DNA of 64,000 bases from a virus. The stretch is taken from IMG/VR virus record IMGVR_UViG_3300044641_003209, positions 2,457 through 66,456 of that record; one strand, written 5' to 3'. Position numbers and translations under genes: made by a program. This document shows, in pieces, positions 1-11,800 of this stretch (its first letter is position 1; each line of letters begins with the position of its first letter). The notes beneath the pieces are model-generated. The model was not told where the DNA came from and did no database searches. It saw nothing but the letters and a program-made list of their open reading frames with translations.

Positions 1-3000
1 AACCTGCGCTTTGATAAGCTGGGCTACCTGGTAAACCGTAATGGCGTAGAGAACAAGGGCATTAACATCACCGGAGCATCGTTGCTTTCTGATACACAGT
101 CATTCCTCCGACCTATTGGAACGATGGGTATGGTGGAGTATGTGATTACGAAGCCTTGGGGTGTAGGTTCTGGAACGCAGTCGTGGCCTCCATACGACGA
201 TACGTATGTTAACTTGTTCTCACCTACAGTGCAGGGTGATAAGTTTACTGACCGATTCATGGTGTACATGATTCGTATTCCCGTTAGTGGCAGCGCACTG
301 CAAATGACGGATATGAATAACCGGGTCGCACTTGATCCGTCGATGAATACCGATAATACTATCAATCGCTATACATGGCGATATAAGGCAGCCTTGGTTA
401 TGGTGCCGCTTACGGGAGCTCAGGGCTGGAAGGATACATTTGCCTTTGCTCCTAACGGCAATCTCTTGGACCAGTTGAGTTCAGTAAGGCTTAGCGAGTA
501 TCTGCCGACGCTCATGGTCACGATTGGATCGCGCAGTATCGTTCGCGCAGATGATAAGCCTAGTCGATTGCAGATTTACGCGCCGTCTCGCTGGTTAGGT
601 GTTCATAATCTTTTCAGTGATGGGAACACACCAAAGGATCTGAACTGGATTGAACAATACAACAGCATGAGTCAATACCGCGACGCAATCGTGGTATCAG
701 ACATGACCAATGGCGACATGTATCTCGTGGATGAATACTCTGAATCGGAGTATTCCGAAAACAAGAAGCACCGATTTACCCTTCGAGAGAACACGCTTGC
801 TAAGTTCGATGTCGATGACGTCGTTGTAGACTTTGGTTTGAACTCCGGTGGATTCAATGCTGCTGGTGTAAAGTCACCAATGGCGCTGTACAAGTTCTAC
901 TTGACAAAGAATAGACTTCAAGCAAATCAGGATAGTTATACTCCATACTATACTGATGCAGAAAAAAGTCCGACGATTCAAGAGTACAGTTCAAACATAC
1001 GTGCTTGGAATGTAGGATCTCAGCTTAAAGCAGTTCCAAAGTCATTCATTGCCACAGAATATCTAAAGGTAAATGTAGATGACGGCAGTGATTTCATTAG
1101 CGCTGCTGGAATACGTTTTAATTTGAGTGTGAACTATACGTTTACCAATAGTCAGTTGGGCGAAGAATACGGTGACTTGTTCTCACCGTTGACGCTTAAG
1201 AATCCTGACATTAATCAAGACGATCAAGTATCAAGCGATATCTACAAGTGGGAAGATCTTGAGCTAACATACTATCCTGCATCTGGTAGCTCCCAAGGAA
1301 GGCTGTTCCTGACGGCAAAGGATAGGCTTTGGAATAAAACCAGCTCTAGCTCTACAAAGCTCATCAAACTCAAAACTAAAACTGGCGTAGAGCAGGATGT
1401 GCCTCTTGGCGTTTGGAGATATAGGTTCGTTTGGTATCTAGGTAACGGTGAGTACAGTGCTCCATCATCCGAATTGATAGTGCCCGATCTGATCTTTAGC
1501 GGGATTGATGATGCCGACGTAATTTCCGCTCTTGGCTCATACAAGAGGCCATTTGGCATGTCGTCGTACGCTGAAGCTGAACAAACAAGTCTGCTTCTAG
1601 CTTCTTCCCTGTTCATTAATAAGACGGCTAGGCTCCAAGGTCTCTCAGTGTTCAATGGATCTGGAGCACTGACGAACTATGGAAGTAACTTCCTCAAAGT
1701 AAAAACTGCAATCTTCGATTCTTCGCATACGTTCGGAGCCAGATATAGCAGCACAAGTGGGGCATCTTGGCCGGGAAGCTGGACGGGTGAAAGCGTTCTA
1801 GCTAAGGGTCAGCTTGGTGTTGTTTGCACGACGATGTGGCAGAATGATTATCTGCCACTGGAAGGGTGTGTAGCTGAAACAGCTTATTCGCAAATCAGCA
1901 CTGATGACAGCTATAAGTTTACAGAACAAACTGAGTATAGGCCATCAGCCGTACCTCTTCGTATCCCATTGTTCTCCGATGGTAGTAATAGCTGTACATA
2001 TAACAGCGTGTTTACGTCGTATGGAATTCTAAGAACATCTTATCAGAATACAACTAGGAATCCTGGTGACCCACTAACAAGTGGTAATCAGGGATATAGC
2101 AACCAGTACCCATCGTATCAGATAGTATTTGAAGGAATGCAGAGATACGGTGCGGACAAGAATGCTAATGAAGGAATTGATAATAAGGGTTGGGTTTGGT
2201 CCGACGTTGCAAATTCCAGCAATGGCGTTTGGATGAACATCATTCCTTTTTATGGTGGTACACCAGCAAAATCTATCATTAACCCTTTCCCTACTCCGCC
2301 TACAGTTCTTCCAATTGAAAACAATAATACACCAGACGATGACAATCTTAGCTGGGGAACGCCTCCTGGAAAGTACCTAGACCATCGGAACATGACGGTT
2401 GTGCGTGGTGTGCGCAAGGAAGCAGACAGACTTCTGCTGACAAAGCCTTCCGTTCCAACTGAGGTATCTAGTAGGCTCGTTCTTTCTGGAGTAGGAGAGA
2501 TTCCGCTATGTGACTTTGGTGATGTAGGAACATGGGTATGGCAAAAGAAGTTTTATCCATCAGCTAACTATGGTGATGACAAACTAGGTTATACTAGCCA
2601 GCGAGTTTTCTCAAGCGTTGGAAATAATGTCCCTGAAATTTACACCTTCCAGTCTCCATTCTCAGATAACTATCCAAGTGACTACAGAAGGTTCATATAC
2701 GCAAGTAATTTAGCTATAACTAGCGACACAGTAAGGTTCTCTAATCTACGTGTAATAGTTTCTGGCAAGGGTGAACGCCTCACAATACCTGAGCAACTCT
2801 CGATGTACATTCCTGCGTCGTTGCTCTTTGAGGCGCCGCACATCAAGCTGGTTGTCCCTGCCGATCGTGTTCCTCGTCGTGCGCGTCAGCTCATGATCTT
2901 CCGTACACGAGCAAGTCATGATAACGCATGGCAGCCACACGAGTACGGGCTTGTCAAAGCTATAGACCTTATCCGCAATGGGCAGACATGGAATTTGACT

Positions 3001-5310
3001 GGAGCCCAAGCAACAGAGATTTCATTCCTTGATGATGTCAAGAGTAGTGAACTCGATTACTCGTACAGCATCCCTGATTACGATGGATTTACTGCGCCGC
3101 TGAAGTCTCGGTTCTGCCTCCCACTGAACGAGCGCGTGTTCTATGCTAACATCAAGGAAGCCTATCGTCCGCATTCTCCGCGCAATGCTGTTAACATCCA
3201 AGCAGCCGTAGGAGATGGCACTACAGCGGAGCATCGTAATCGTAACTATGGATCGGCTTCTGAGCTTGTGCAGTTGTGGTCACACAAGATCTTCTCCGAT
3301 GGTGCTAGTACAACGAATATCAATCAGCGATATCTGTACTACTTCTTGGCATACAATGATCAAGCCCGATCATTCTCGCTCGCATCCTTCTCTGGCTTGA
3401 TTGACCGAGGAGCAGTTAGCAATAACAAACCCGTGATGTTCTGTCTGCCATCGGCATACGATCCATCAATAGAGCAAGCGAATATCTACCGTTTGTGCTT
3501 GTCTGCGCCGCTAAGTTCCATACCAATGACAATGACGGCCGGTGCAACTCCGCGCTTGCGTTCCGTGAATCAGTACACAACTGGAGTGTTCTTTGTAGCT
3601 CAGGGACTGGTAGAATACAATGGAGTAGTTTACTACCCGAACTCCATCATCCAAGCATTCCACGGCGGAGATGTAGGGTACACAACGGCTACGGTCAACT
3701 TCTTCTTAAGCTATTTTGATTCAGCAACTCCGGAGCAAAACCGTGGCAATGCTGGAACGTATAGCCAGCCAATCATCTACGACATCACCAATCACCTAGA
3801 TCAATACATCCTCCCGAATGGAAGCCCAGCTCCGGGTCCATTCATTGAAAAGATCGGAACCATTGAGCCGGAAAGCGAAGGCGTATTCTACGACAACGAT
3901 CTTCCGTCTCTAGGACGCCTGCCTATCAAGCAGATCTTCCAGAATGAAGATCACATGCCGTCGGCTGTACGTTGGTCTGAGCCATACCAGCAGAACAAAA
4001 TTAAGCTGGCTTCACTTATGGAGGTGCGTGCTGGCGATGGAGACCAGATCACTGGATTGGCAATGCTGTACGGCAACTTGATTGTACTCAAGGAGCGTAG
4101 TATTCATAGGCTTGCCGTGCAAGGTGCGGCGGTTCCAGTGTCTCGCGTGGACGAAATTAGCAATAACGTAGGGTGTATTGCTCCGAATACGATCATCACC
4201 GTAAACAATACACTGTACTTCCTATCATGGGCCGGGTTCTATAAGTACGACAACAACGTGCTTTCCAAGGTCGATGGTAAGTTCGCCGAGGAACTTCAAC
4301 TGCGCCTGCGTTCCGCACAGAATGGGGTCAGTAATCCAGCTATTCGCGATGCTTCATGCGGTTGGAACTCAACGTACCGTGAACTGTACCTGACTATCCC
4401 TATCATGACGACGGAGAACAATGAGGGCAGTTACCAGGATTATGACCCACTGTCTCCTCCGATCGTGCCTGGAACGATCGGCGTTACATTGACCGACAAT
4501 ATCGGGGCACGGCGCGTTCGTGGTATTACCTACGCCATCAACATTGACAATGGACTTGTAACCAAGCATCGGTACATGGACGACTCAGCCTACCATACCG
4601 ATCCGCCAGCATACATATATCACACAGACCCTATTGCTCCGACGCAACGTGCACCACGGGCGGCTGCAAGGCTATATTACACCAATACGCTGGGTCAGTT
4701 ACGCTCGGCTGAGGTGCTTCCACCACGTACAATTCAACACGCTTACGTTCTGGCGAACCCGAATGGCGTTGTAGCCTCGACCTCATCGTATCTCTTCATG
4801 CGCTCGTCGATGTTCATTGAGTCTCCGACAAAGTTCGGCTCCCGCGATAAAGCAAATGATGACTACCTCGTGTTCTCCTATAACCCACTTACTACAGAGC
4901 CGCTCACTCTTTCAGCGAAGAAGTTCGTACGGGTGTTCTGGGCAAGCAAAGATTGGACGGCAGAGGATAAGTCTATTCTCAAGCGTATTCGCAAGGTGTT
5001 CGCCTACATTGCAGCTAGTGACGAGCCTGTGGTTATCCGTGGATTAGTTCATACTAGTCCTATGGGTCCACGCGCAACGACGGATACGTCATGGCAGTAC
5101 GAATATGTAGATTCCCGGCCGACTTCACCACGTTTCAATTACAGCGTTACGGGTGAACTGATGTCTGTGCCGACGGAATCTGCTGGGCAGTCTACCTCTC
5201 CGAGTCAGAACCGTGCCGAACGCCATACTTTCAACATTGAGGGATCTGGTTCTTTCCAAATGGAATACTTTGGATACTACTGGAAACCTATCAATGGCTA
5301 CGAAAGGTAA
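1..5310 (+). CDS. Tail nozzle / tail tubular protein B-like (stabilisation protein), 5'-truncated by the window edge
   Basis: Frame is open from base 1 (NLRFDKLGYLVNRNG...). C-terminal beta-propeller-like segment VRWSEP..GDGDQITGL..LIVLKERSIHRL..NVGCIAPNTI..LYFLSWAGFYKYD is typical of podophage tail tubular B/P22 gp10-like proteins. Lies upstream of the internal virion proteins. Confidence 0.75.
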   Translation, partial: NLRFDKLGYLVNRNGVENKGINITGASLLSDTQSFLRPIGTMGMVEYVITKPWGVGSGTQSWPPYDDTYVNLFSPTVQGDKFTDRFMVYMIRIPVSGSALQMTDMNNRVALDPSMNTDNTINRYTWRYKAALVMVPLTGAQGWKDTFAFAPNGNLLDQLSSVRLSEYLPTLMVTIGSRSIVRADDKPSRLQIYAPSRWLGVHNLFSDGNTPKDLNWIEQYNSMSQYRDAIVVSDMTNGDMYLVDEYSESEYSENKKHRFTLRENTLAKFDVDDVVVDFGLNSGGFNAAGVKSPMALYKFYLTKNRLQANQDSYTPYYTDAEKSPTIQEYSSNIRAWNVGSQLKAVPKSFIATEYLKVNVDDGSDFISAAGIRFNLSVNYTFTNSQLGEEYGDLFSPLTLKNPDINQDDQVSSDIYKWEDLELTYYPASGSSQGRLFLTAKDRLWNKTSSSSTKLIKLKTKTGVEQDVPLGVWRYRFVWYLGNGEYSAPSSELIVPDLIFSGIDDADVISALGSYKRPFGMSSYAEAEQTSLLLASSLFINKTARLQGLSVFNGSGALTNYGSNFLKVKTAIFDSSHTFGARYSSTSGASWPGSWTGESVLAKGQLGVVCTTMWQNDYLPLEGCVAETAYSQISTDDSYKFTEQTEYRPSAVPLRIPLFSDGSNSCTYNSVFTSYGILRTSYQNTTRNPGDPLTSGNQGYSNQYPSYQIVFEGMQRYGADKNANEGIDNKGWVWSDVANSSNGVWMNIIPFYGGTPAKSIINPFPTPPTVLPIENNNTPDDDNLSWGTPPGKYLDHRNMTVVRGVRKEADRLLLTKPSVPTEVSSRLVLSGVGEIPLCDFGDVGTWVWQKKFYPSANYGDDKLGYTSQRVFSSVGNNVPEIYTFQSPFSDNYPSDYRRFIYASNLAITSDTVRFSNLRVIVSGKGERLTIPEQLSMYIPASLLFEAPHIKLVVPADRVPRRARQLMIFRTRASHDNAWQPHEYGLVKAIDLIRNGQTWNLTGAQATEISFLDDVKSSELDYSYSIPDYDGFTAPLKSRFCLPLNERVFYANIKEAYRPHSPRNAVNIQAAVGDGTTAEHRNRNYGSASELVQLWSHKIFSDGASTTNINQRYLYYFLAYNDQARSFSLASFSGLIDRGAVSNNKPVMFCLPSAYDPSIEQANIYRLCLSAPLSSIPMTMTAGATPRLRSVNQYTTGVFFVAQGLVEYNGVVYYPNSIIQAFHGGDVGYTTATVNFFLSYFDSATPEQNRGNAGTYSQPIIYDITNHLDQYILPNGSPAPGPFIEKIGTIEPESEGVFYDNDLPSLGRLPIKQIFQNEDHMPSAVRWSEPYQQNKIKLASLMEVRAGDGDQITGLAMLYGNLIVLKERSIHRLAVQGAAVPVSRVDEISNNVGCIAPNTIITVNNTLYFLSWAGFYKYDNNVLSKVDGKFAEELQLRLRSAQNGVSNPAIRDASCGWNSTYRELYLTIPIMTTENNEGSYQDYDPLSPPIVPGTIGVTLTDNIGARRVRGITYAINIDNGLVTKHRYMDDSAYHTDPPAYIYHTDPIAPTQRAPRAAARLYYTNTLGQLRSAEVLPPRTIQHAYVLANPNGVVASTSSYLFMRSSMFIESPTKFGSRDKANDDYLVFSYNPLTTEPLTLSAKKFVRVFWASKDWTAEDKSILKRIRKVFAYIAASDEPVVIRGLVHTSPMGPRATTDTSWQYEYVDSRPTSPRFNYSVTGELMSVPTESAGQSTSPSQNRAERHTFNIEGSGSFQMEYFGYYWKPINGYER

Positions 5311-5313
5311 GGT

Positions 5314-5340
5314 TTTGCCCGACTAGATTCAGTATTTTGT
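5314..5340 (+). promoter_or_regulatory. Putative FCB-type promoter (TTTG..TATTTTG)
   Basis: TTTG at 5314-5317 and TATTTTG at 5333-5339 lie in the gap before the 1.1-kaa gene. Confidence 0.35.
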
Positions 5341-5362
5341 GTCCGACTTACGGAGCACAATA

Positions 5363-8300
5363 ATGAATATCGGTCAAATGTTGGCGATGCTCGAAGCATC
5401 TGGTCAACTGCCTAGCACAAGTGTACCTCAGGCGCAAACAAGTTACCAGAAGCCACGGCTGAATTGGATGGATGTAGCCCAGGGGCCGCCTGCCGAATCC
5501 GACGTTGCGCCCGTATATCAGTTTCCTGAGGTGGTCGTCGAGGCCCCACGGTACGAAGAACCGCTGCCTCCTATTTACGGTGGTTACGCTCCGGAAACTC
5601 AGGACCCAGTGTTCGCCGAACTGTATGGCGCTCCGCCTGCTGGCTATGAGCCTATGGCTGGTGCAACTAGGCCGTCAGCTTTTATGCAGGGAACTCCGGG
5701 ACCAGAGGCATTTGGTCAGCCAACAAGTGCACTTCCGCCGCTTCCTATCAAGGGGGCAATGGCACAGCAAGAAACAAAGAAGAAGCCTTCTCGTAAAGAG
5801 GAAGCCGCTGCCGTTATCCCATACGAACCAGTAGCGCAGGACGTTCCAACTGGAGCTCAACGCCCAATAGGGTTTGCTCCAGGTCAGGGCATTGCAATGC
5901 TGCAAGAGCCAGTAGCTGCCGAACCAGTTCAACCCGAAGAACCAGCATGGCGTCCAGGACAAAAATGGCAGACGCAATTCAAGAACCGTCCTCTGACTAT
6001 TATCGGATCTACACTTGACGGGAAAACATCTACAGTTATTCAGCCAGGTGGATTGATTCAGGCGCGTGACGATAAGGGTGCTAAGATTAGCATTAGTCAG
6101 GAGAATAACCCTGAACTCTATGCAAAGATCGTCAAGGAGTATGAAGATAAGGTCAAGACTGCTACGCCAGTTGCTGCGGATCAAGGATATACTTCACAGA
6201 TCAAAGTCAACGGTGTCACTTATCCAGCAAAGATTGTTGGTGAGCCAGGCAAAGAGCAACTAATGTATCTCGACCCCGATTTCGGGCCAACGATTTACGA
6301 AGATGTTGGCACGCTTGATACTGAAGAAGGTGCTAAGGCTCAGTACATACCGCCTATCTCAACGACTGGAGAAGATACATCTAACCAATTCAAGCAAATC
6401 CAGCAGCGTGTTACTCGTCCTATGACGAACGTATCTACGCAATTGCGTCAGCGTACGGGTGATGTTAGAACTGTCTATACTCCGCAGCAAGTTCAGCAGA
6501 ACATTGTTTCAGATGTGCAAATCCCCGAAACTGGCGGAGCTCCTCTGGTAACTTTCTACATTAAGACTCCAGATGGACAGCAAATTCCAATCAGCGATGC
6601 TGAAGAAATTGGCTTGGTAGCAGAGGGAACAACTGAGCTGTTGAAAACAGCAGATGCACAGATGTATATGTTAGCCCGTCAGAGGGCAGATGCAGAAGCT
6701 CAGCTCCAAGGAACATCAGCCGAAACGCTATACGAAGCTGAGATAAAAAGGCTTAACCAACAACAGAAAGCAATCAAAGATAAGATTGCCGAACTTGATG
6801 CTCAGTCTAGAAATCCGGCGTATATGGCGACACTAAGTGCTCAGGAGAAGAAAGACTTCCAAGCTAGCCAGAAAAGAGAGGATAAGAATCTAGCCACTAT
6901 TAATAAGCGGATTAGCGATGCCAATCTTATGGGTGCATCTCAGTCTGTTGGTGGTGGTGCTACTCTTGTTCAGGCTCCTGCTACGCAGCAAGGATTCAAC
7001 ATTGATCCAAATACATTTGCTGGCATGACTGCGCTTATGTCTGGAGCGAGTTCAGCAACTCCTGGAACATATAGAATTATGACACCAAAGGAGTATGGAG
7101 ATATCGTATTCGAGAGCGTCAAGGATAGGCTTCCAATGAAGCGTATGCCTTCAAGAGCTCCGGGTTATCGCCGAGCTGTTGGTGGTTTGGTATCTGGTAT
7201 TGAAAACATCCAGAATAAGATTGCAGAGTATTCAGGTGGTGAGTATCGCAATGATGTAGAAAACATCCTGCGTAACCATACTACTGTGGATTACTACGAC
7301 ATGCGCGAAGGTAGGAATATCACGCAGCCTATTGACCTTATCAAGGCCACAGAAGAGTTCGATCAAGCGCTTGCTGAATACGATGCTAATCCAACGGCTG
7401 CGAATCAGCAGAATGCAATCTATAAGAGCTTGCCATTCACTCAGAAGATCACAATCAAAACTCCAGACGGAGAAGAGATAGACACATTTGGCATCAATAA
7501 CATCAGAGAATTGGCTGGCGGAATGGCGCCTGCATTCAACTATGACCTATCTGTCGGATCACAAACAGTTGGCTCAAGCGCCCGCATTGAGCAGAAGCCT
7601 GACACGTCTGTCGTCCGACCTAATGCTGGAGGTACCCCTCCGCCGGGTAAGCAGTTTGTATCAGTGTACCCACTGTGGAACCTTGGTGCTGACCCTAGTA
7701 ACAATTTAGGTTACGTTGAGTTCAGTAAGTCTACAAACATATTTGACAATATCGTAGCAAGTCCAAAGGCTTTTGAAACGCAAGCAGTTGCTTACTCTCC
7801 AAATGAGTCAGAACGAACATTTAAGGGTAATGTCGCTAGGGCAATGCTTGATGATGGCGGAAATCTTAGTCCCGCATCTATACAGGCTTTCTCTCAATTT
7901 GCAGTAAATCTCAATGACGCGATTGCTGGTAAGGATGGAGCAGATGTTCGCCGTGATATTACGAAGTCCATATACCGGAATCTCTCTGGACTTGGGTTCG
8001 ATGGACTTGACAATCTGGGTGAAGCTCGATTCTTAGCTGATGCACAAAAGGTCTACGATGGCCAAATGTCTGCGGCTGACTTCATTAAGACATACGCTAA
8101 TCCTGTTAATCTTGCACCGAAGTTCGTTGTATCTATTCCTGGGCAAGAGTCGCTAAATGCTGCTGGTTCTTACTACAAGGGCGCAAACACTGTGCCTGGT
8201 TCTAGTGGAACATCCTATCTCTTTGATCAAGGTATAATAAGCATCAAAGACTTGGCATACCTAACAGAAAACTCTGGGAAGTTTGCACGGGGTGAAGCTG

Positions 8301-8803
8301 GTGGAGCATCGCAGCATAAAAAGACTGGTGGTGAAAGGGTATTCTGGATCGTAAATCCTATGGCTCCAAACTACGTTCCTTCTGGTGAGTATTCAGTATT
8401 GACTACGCCATCATCGACATCGAGAGCTAATGCGCCTTTGATCAAGCAGCAGTCACAGGCAACAACCAATACATCAGCTAATGTAAATAGGCTTGCAAAT
8501 AATCAAGATGGTCTTATTGACCCTGCTGGTTCGTATGCAATGAATAACCTTAGCAAAACTATTGGACTAGCAAGTGATTCAATGAAAGCTCTTGCTAAGA
8601 AAGTTGGCTTAGGTCCGATAGAAAACATCATGCGCTCTAACCATAGAGAGGACATGTGGCAGAATGCTGGTGGAAAACGTGGCACTAAGGATAAGATTAC
8701 TAATCTTGATGCTGATAGTATTGACGGCGCTACAAACATGCTGACGCAATCCGTGCTGCTGTTTAATCTCTTCCCGCCTCACCGGTTCCGTAAACCTCAA
8801 TAA
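5363..8803 (+). CDS. Large internal virion (ejection/cargo) protein
   Basis: ~1146 aa with a Pro/Gln/Ala-rich N-terminus and central coiled coil, located after the tail nozzle. ATG at 5363 has a GGAG RBS (ORF track start is GTG 5339). Confidence 0.55.
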   Translation: MNIGQMLAMLEASGQLPSTSVPQAQTSYQKPRLNWMDVAQGPPAESDVAPVYQFPEVVVEAPRYEEPLPPIYGGYAPETQDPVFAELYGAPPAGYEPMAGATRPSAFMQGTPGPEAFGQPTSALPPLPIKGAMAQQETKKKPSRKEEAAAVIPYEPVAQDVPTGAQRPIGFAPGQGIAMLQEPVAAEPVQPEEPAWRPGQKWQTQFKNRPLTIIGSTLDGKTSTVIQPGGLIQARDDKGAKISISQENNPELYAKIVKEYEDKVKTATPVAADQGYTSQIKVNGVTYPAKIVGEPGKEQLMYLDPDFGPTIYEDVGTLDTEEGAKAQYIPPISTTGEDTSNQFKQIQQRVTRPMTNVSTQLRQRTGDVRTVYTPQQVQQNIVSDVQIPETGGAPLVTFYIKTPDGQQIPISDAEEIGLVAEGTTELLKTADAQMYMLARQRADAEAQLQGTSAETLYEAEIKRLNQQQKAIKDKIAELDAQSRNPAYMATLSAQEKKDFQASQKREDKNLATINKRISDANLMGASQSVGGGATLVQAPATQQGFNIDPNTFAGMTALMSGASSATPGTYRIMTPKEYGDIVFESVKDRLPMKRMPSRAPGYRRAVGGLVSGIENIQNKIAEYSGGEYRNDVENILRNHTTVDYYDMREGRNITQPIDLIKATEEFDQALAEYDANPTAANQQNAIYKSLPFTQKITIKTPDGEEIDTFGINNIRELAGGMAPAFNYDLSVGSQTVGSSARIEQKPDTSVVRPNAGGTPPPGKQFVSVYPLWNLGADPSNNLGYVEFSKSTNIFDNIVASPKAFETQAVAYSPNESERTFKGNVARAMLDDGGNLSPASIQAFSQFAVNLNDAIAGKDGADVRRDITKSIYRNLSGLGFDGLDNLGEARFLADAQKVYDGQMSAADFIKTYANPVNLAPKFVVSIPGQESLNAAGSYYKGANTVPGSSGTSYLFDQGIISIKDLAYLTENSGKFARGEAGGASQHKKTGGERVFWIVNPMAPNYVPSGEYSVLTTPSSTSRANAPLIKQQSQATTNTSANVNRLANNQDGLIDPAGSYAMNNLSKTIGLASDSMKALAKKVGLGPIENIMRSNHREDMWQNAGGKRGTKDKITNLDADSIDGATNMLTQSVLLFNLFPPHRFRKPQ

Positions 8804-8820
8804 CATCGAGCCTGAACTCT

Positions 8821-11800
8821 ATGCCAACACAATTTAATTGGCTTGATTTGTCAGACCAGGAAGATCAACAGCAGCGCAAAAAACGTGAGAATGATTGGCT
8901 GCAATACGCTTGGGCTGGAGAAAATCAGTTACGTGCAAAGCTGCTGGGGCTCGCTAGGGATCCAGTGTACATTACACAAGAGGATGAACGGCGTGCTTTA
9001 GACTATGAAAGAGCAACCCAACAGACTCCTCAGCGACGTGTATTTGATGAGGAGCCTGGCGTACAACGCATTGGTTCACTCAGTGCAAGTGATCAGCGTA
9101 GATGGGATGAACTGACTCCCGGAGAACGCCTAGCTCAACGCATGAGTTACGCAATGCAAACGGGTGTCGGCGGAATCCTTACTGGTGCCCGTTTGTTACC
9201 AGAGTCACAGAAGGGTGGTGGTTTCGTTGGTGAAGTCACAGACTTTGCTCGTGCCGCTGCCATGGCTCCAGGTCAAACAATCGCAGATATTGGTGGAGCT
9301 ATTGCTGATTTCGTTACAGGAAACACTGGTCGTAATCAGAACTATAACATCTACGGTAACCGCCCACAGGATTACTCGAACTATGGCGGTGTAGGTCAAA
9401 CACTTGGAAGCATTGCACCTGATATTGGACTGGCAATAGCTACTTTCGGTGGAACTGCGGCGGCCTCCACAGCAATGGCTGGCTCAAAGATTCCAGCACT
9501 TGCTCGCTTAGGTCGTATGGCTGTTGGCTCGGCTGAGGCAGCACCTACGGCCATTACAGCATTCGGTCGCGCTATTACCCCTGCCGCAACACGCCTGACA
9601 CGGGTAGCTGCTACAACGGCTGCCGCGCTTCCTACTGCTTTGAATGTAGCGCCGGAGGTGGTGGCTGGTCGCATGTCCCCAGTTGAGGGTGTAGCCATGA
9701 CTGGTATGGCTGGTCTCGGTGGCACACTTGCCGCTGGTACATGGGGCGGAAGCCGTCTAGCTAACTTCCTTTCTGACATGGGCGTCAACATGGCGACCCA
9801 AGCAGGATCGGAAGCTGTGACATTGCTACCTGGTGGGGCTGAGTTTGATGCAGCGCAGGCATGGAAGAACATGCTCTATGGCGCAGGACTTGGCGCGGCA
9901 TTCGGTGTGATGAACGCAGCACCTATGCAGGGCGAAGGTCAACGTGCTGTACTTGGTCAGCGTCCAGTAGAAGGTCCAGCTCCAACTCCAGTCGAGCCTA
10001 CGGTCACAGGTACTATGGCTAAGCCAGTACAGATCGCTCGCGAAACAGAGCGTATGCTCTTCGGTGGTGAGCCGACATTGGCAGAGACAGCTACGCCGGA
10101 GCAAGCTAACCTTGCCTTCCAGCAAATGCGTAAGCGTCCAATGGCGGATTATGCAACTCTAAGGCCAAATGAAGCTGGCGATATAACATCTCTCTCTGAC
10201 GCATATCTGCGTGGTGAAACTGAACAAGCCTACCCTGGTGTGTCGAAGTCTGCTATCGCTAACGCTGCCGACATGGAGCGTAAGACATACGCAGCATCTC
10301 TGGCTACCGAGTTCCAAGGAAACCCTGACGTACTCGTAAAACTTCTTGACTTAGAAGTACAGCCTGGTGAGATCACGCCGCAGAATGCAAAGCAAGTATT
10401 GGCATCGAAGATTGAGAACGAGTGGCTGAATCAAGCAGCCAATGGCAAGGGCCTTGCGGCGGTAGAAGGAATGCTTCGTCAGGCAGGACTGCGCCAAGGG
10501 CCACAAGCCGCAGCGCCCGCCCCTGAAACTGGCATTGCTCCTATTGCTGAAGCTCCTCCACAGGAAGCACCGACTACTGGGTTAGTGGCACCGGTTCAGG
10601 GTGTAGAACTCCCGTCCGAGGGGTATCTTCCGTACTCGCCTAGTGGATTTGAGACAGCTCGCGCAGTTAGGGAAGCTGGTATTCCTGTTGGCCCGCGTGC
10701 GGAACTTCCTGCTGCACCTGAAAGCACTGCGCCACTAGCGGGTCCTATGGAGTTGCCACCGGTAGCACCAGAAGTGCAGCAAGCTATCGACCAAGCAACC
10801 GCCGTATCCGACCTTACTGGAATCCCCGTAGAGGAAATCCTTCCGAAGGATTCCGACGCTTACCAAGCATACAGCCAGCAGCGCCTGCTCCCAGAGGCAG
10901 CGCCGATGGAACCACAGGCTCAGGAGTCTATCGCTCCGACGGAGGCGCAGCGCACCCAAGCCGAGCAACTTCCTATGGAGTTCGAGCAGAAGGCCAAGCG
11001 TAAGCGCATCGCTCGTACGATTGCACGCAATGACGCTGAGGCTTCTATCTTGGATTCAATCTCTGAGGCAGTACCCGATAAGGTGTCTGTATCCGAGACG
11101 GCTGTGGCCAGCATTGATCCGCGCGACGCTGTACCAAATAAGATTGGCCAGCAGATCGCTACATGGACTGAGCGTTTGAGTTCGCAGGCTACAGAGCTGG
11201 ATCGTTCTCGTGGCCGCCGTGCCGCAGCAGATCTGACTAAGCTCGCAGAGATGTTGCGTGGCGATGGTGCTGAGATCAAGATAGCCCCACCTACGCAAGG
11301 CTCCCGATACAGTATGTTCGAGGAGTTTGTTGCTGAACTATCCGACCTGACCCCACGCGAATTGCGTACAGCAGTTAGGGATGGACAGACGCTCTTTGCA
11401 GGTGATAACATTGAGATCAAGCCAGTGACAACTGAGGGTGCAAAGAACACCTACACGGTGAACTTCCTCAACAAGAATATGCTCGGTGTCATTGAGGATT
11501 CTTTCCTCTCTGCCCGTGAGACTGCGGCTCCGACAGTAAAGCAGAAGGCCGTTGAGTCTGAGCAAATCAGGACTACCTCTGACCGTATCTATGGAACATC
11601 GGAAGAGATCCGCGCGATCTTCGATGACGAGACTAGCCCTGATGCGATATTCCGTGAAGGTCCAGACATTGCCATGGAATCCCCAGCAGCAATGATGGAG
11701 TCTACCGGACATGATCCTTCGCTCGATGCACCGATGTTCACCGACGAAGCTGCATCTATTGAGGAGATCAAGTCTAGTTGGCGTGGCAACTTTAGCCGCG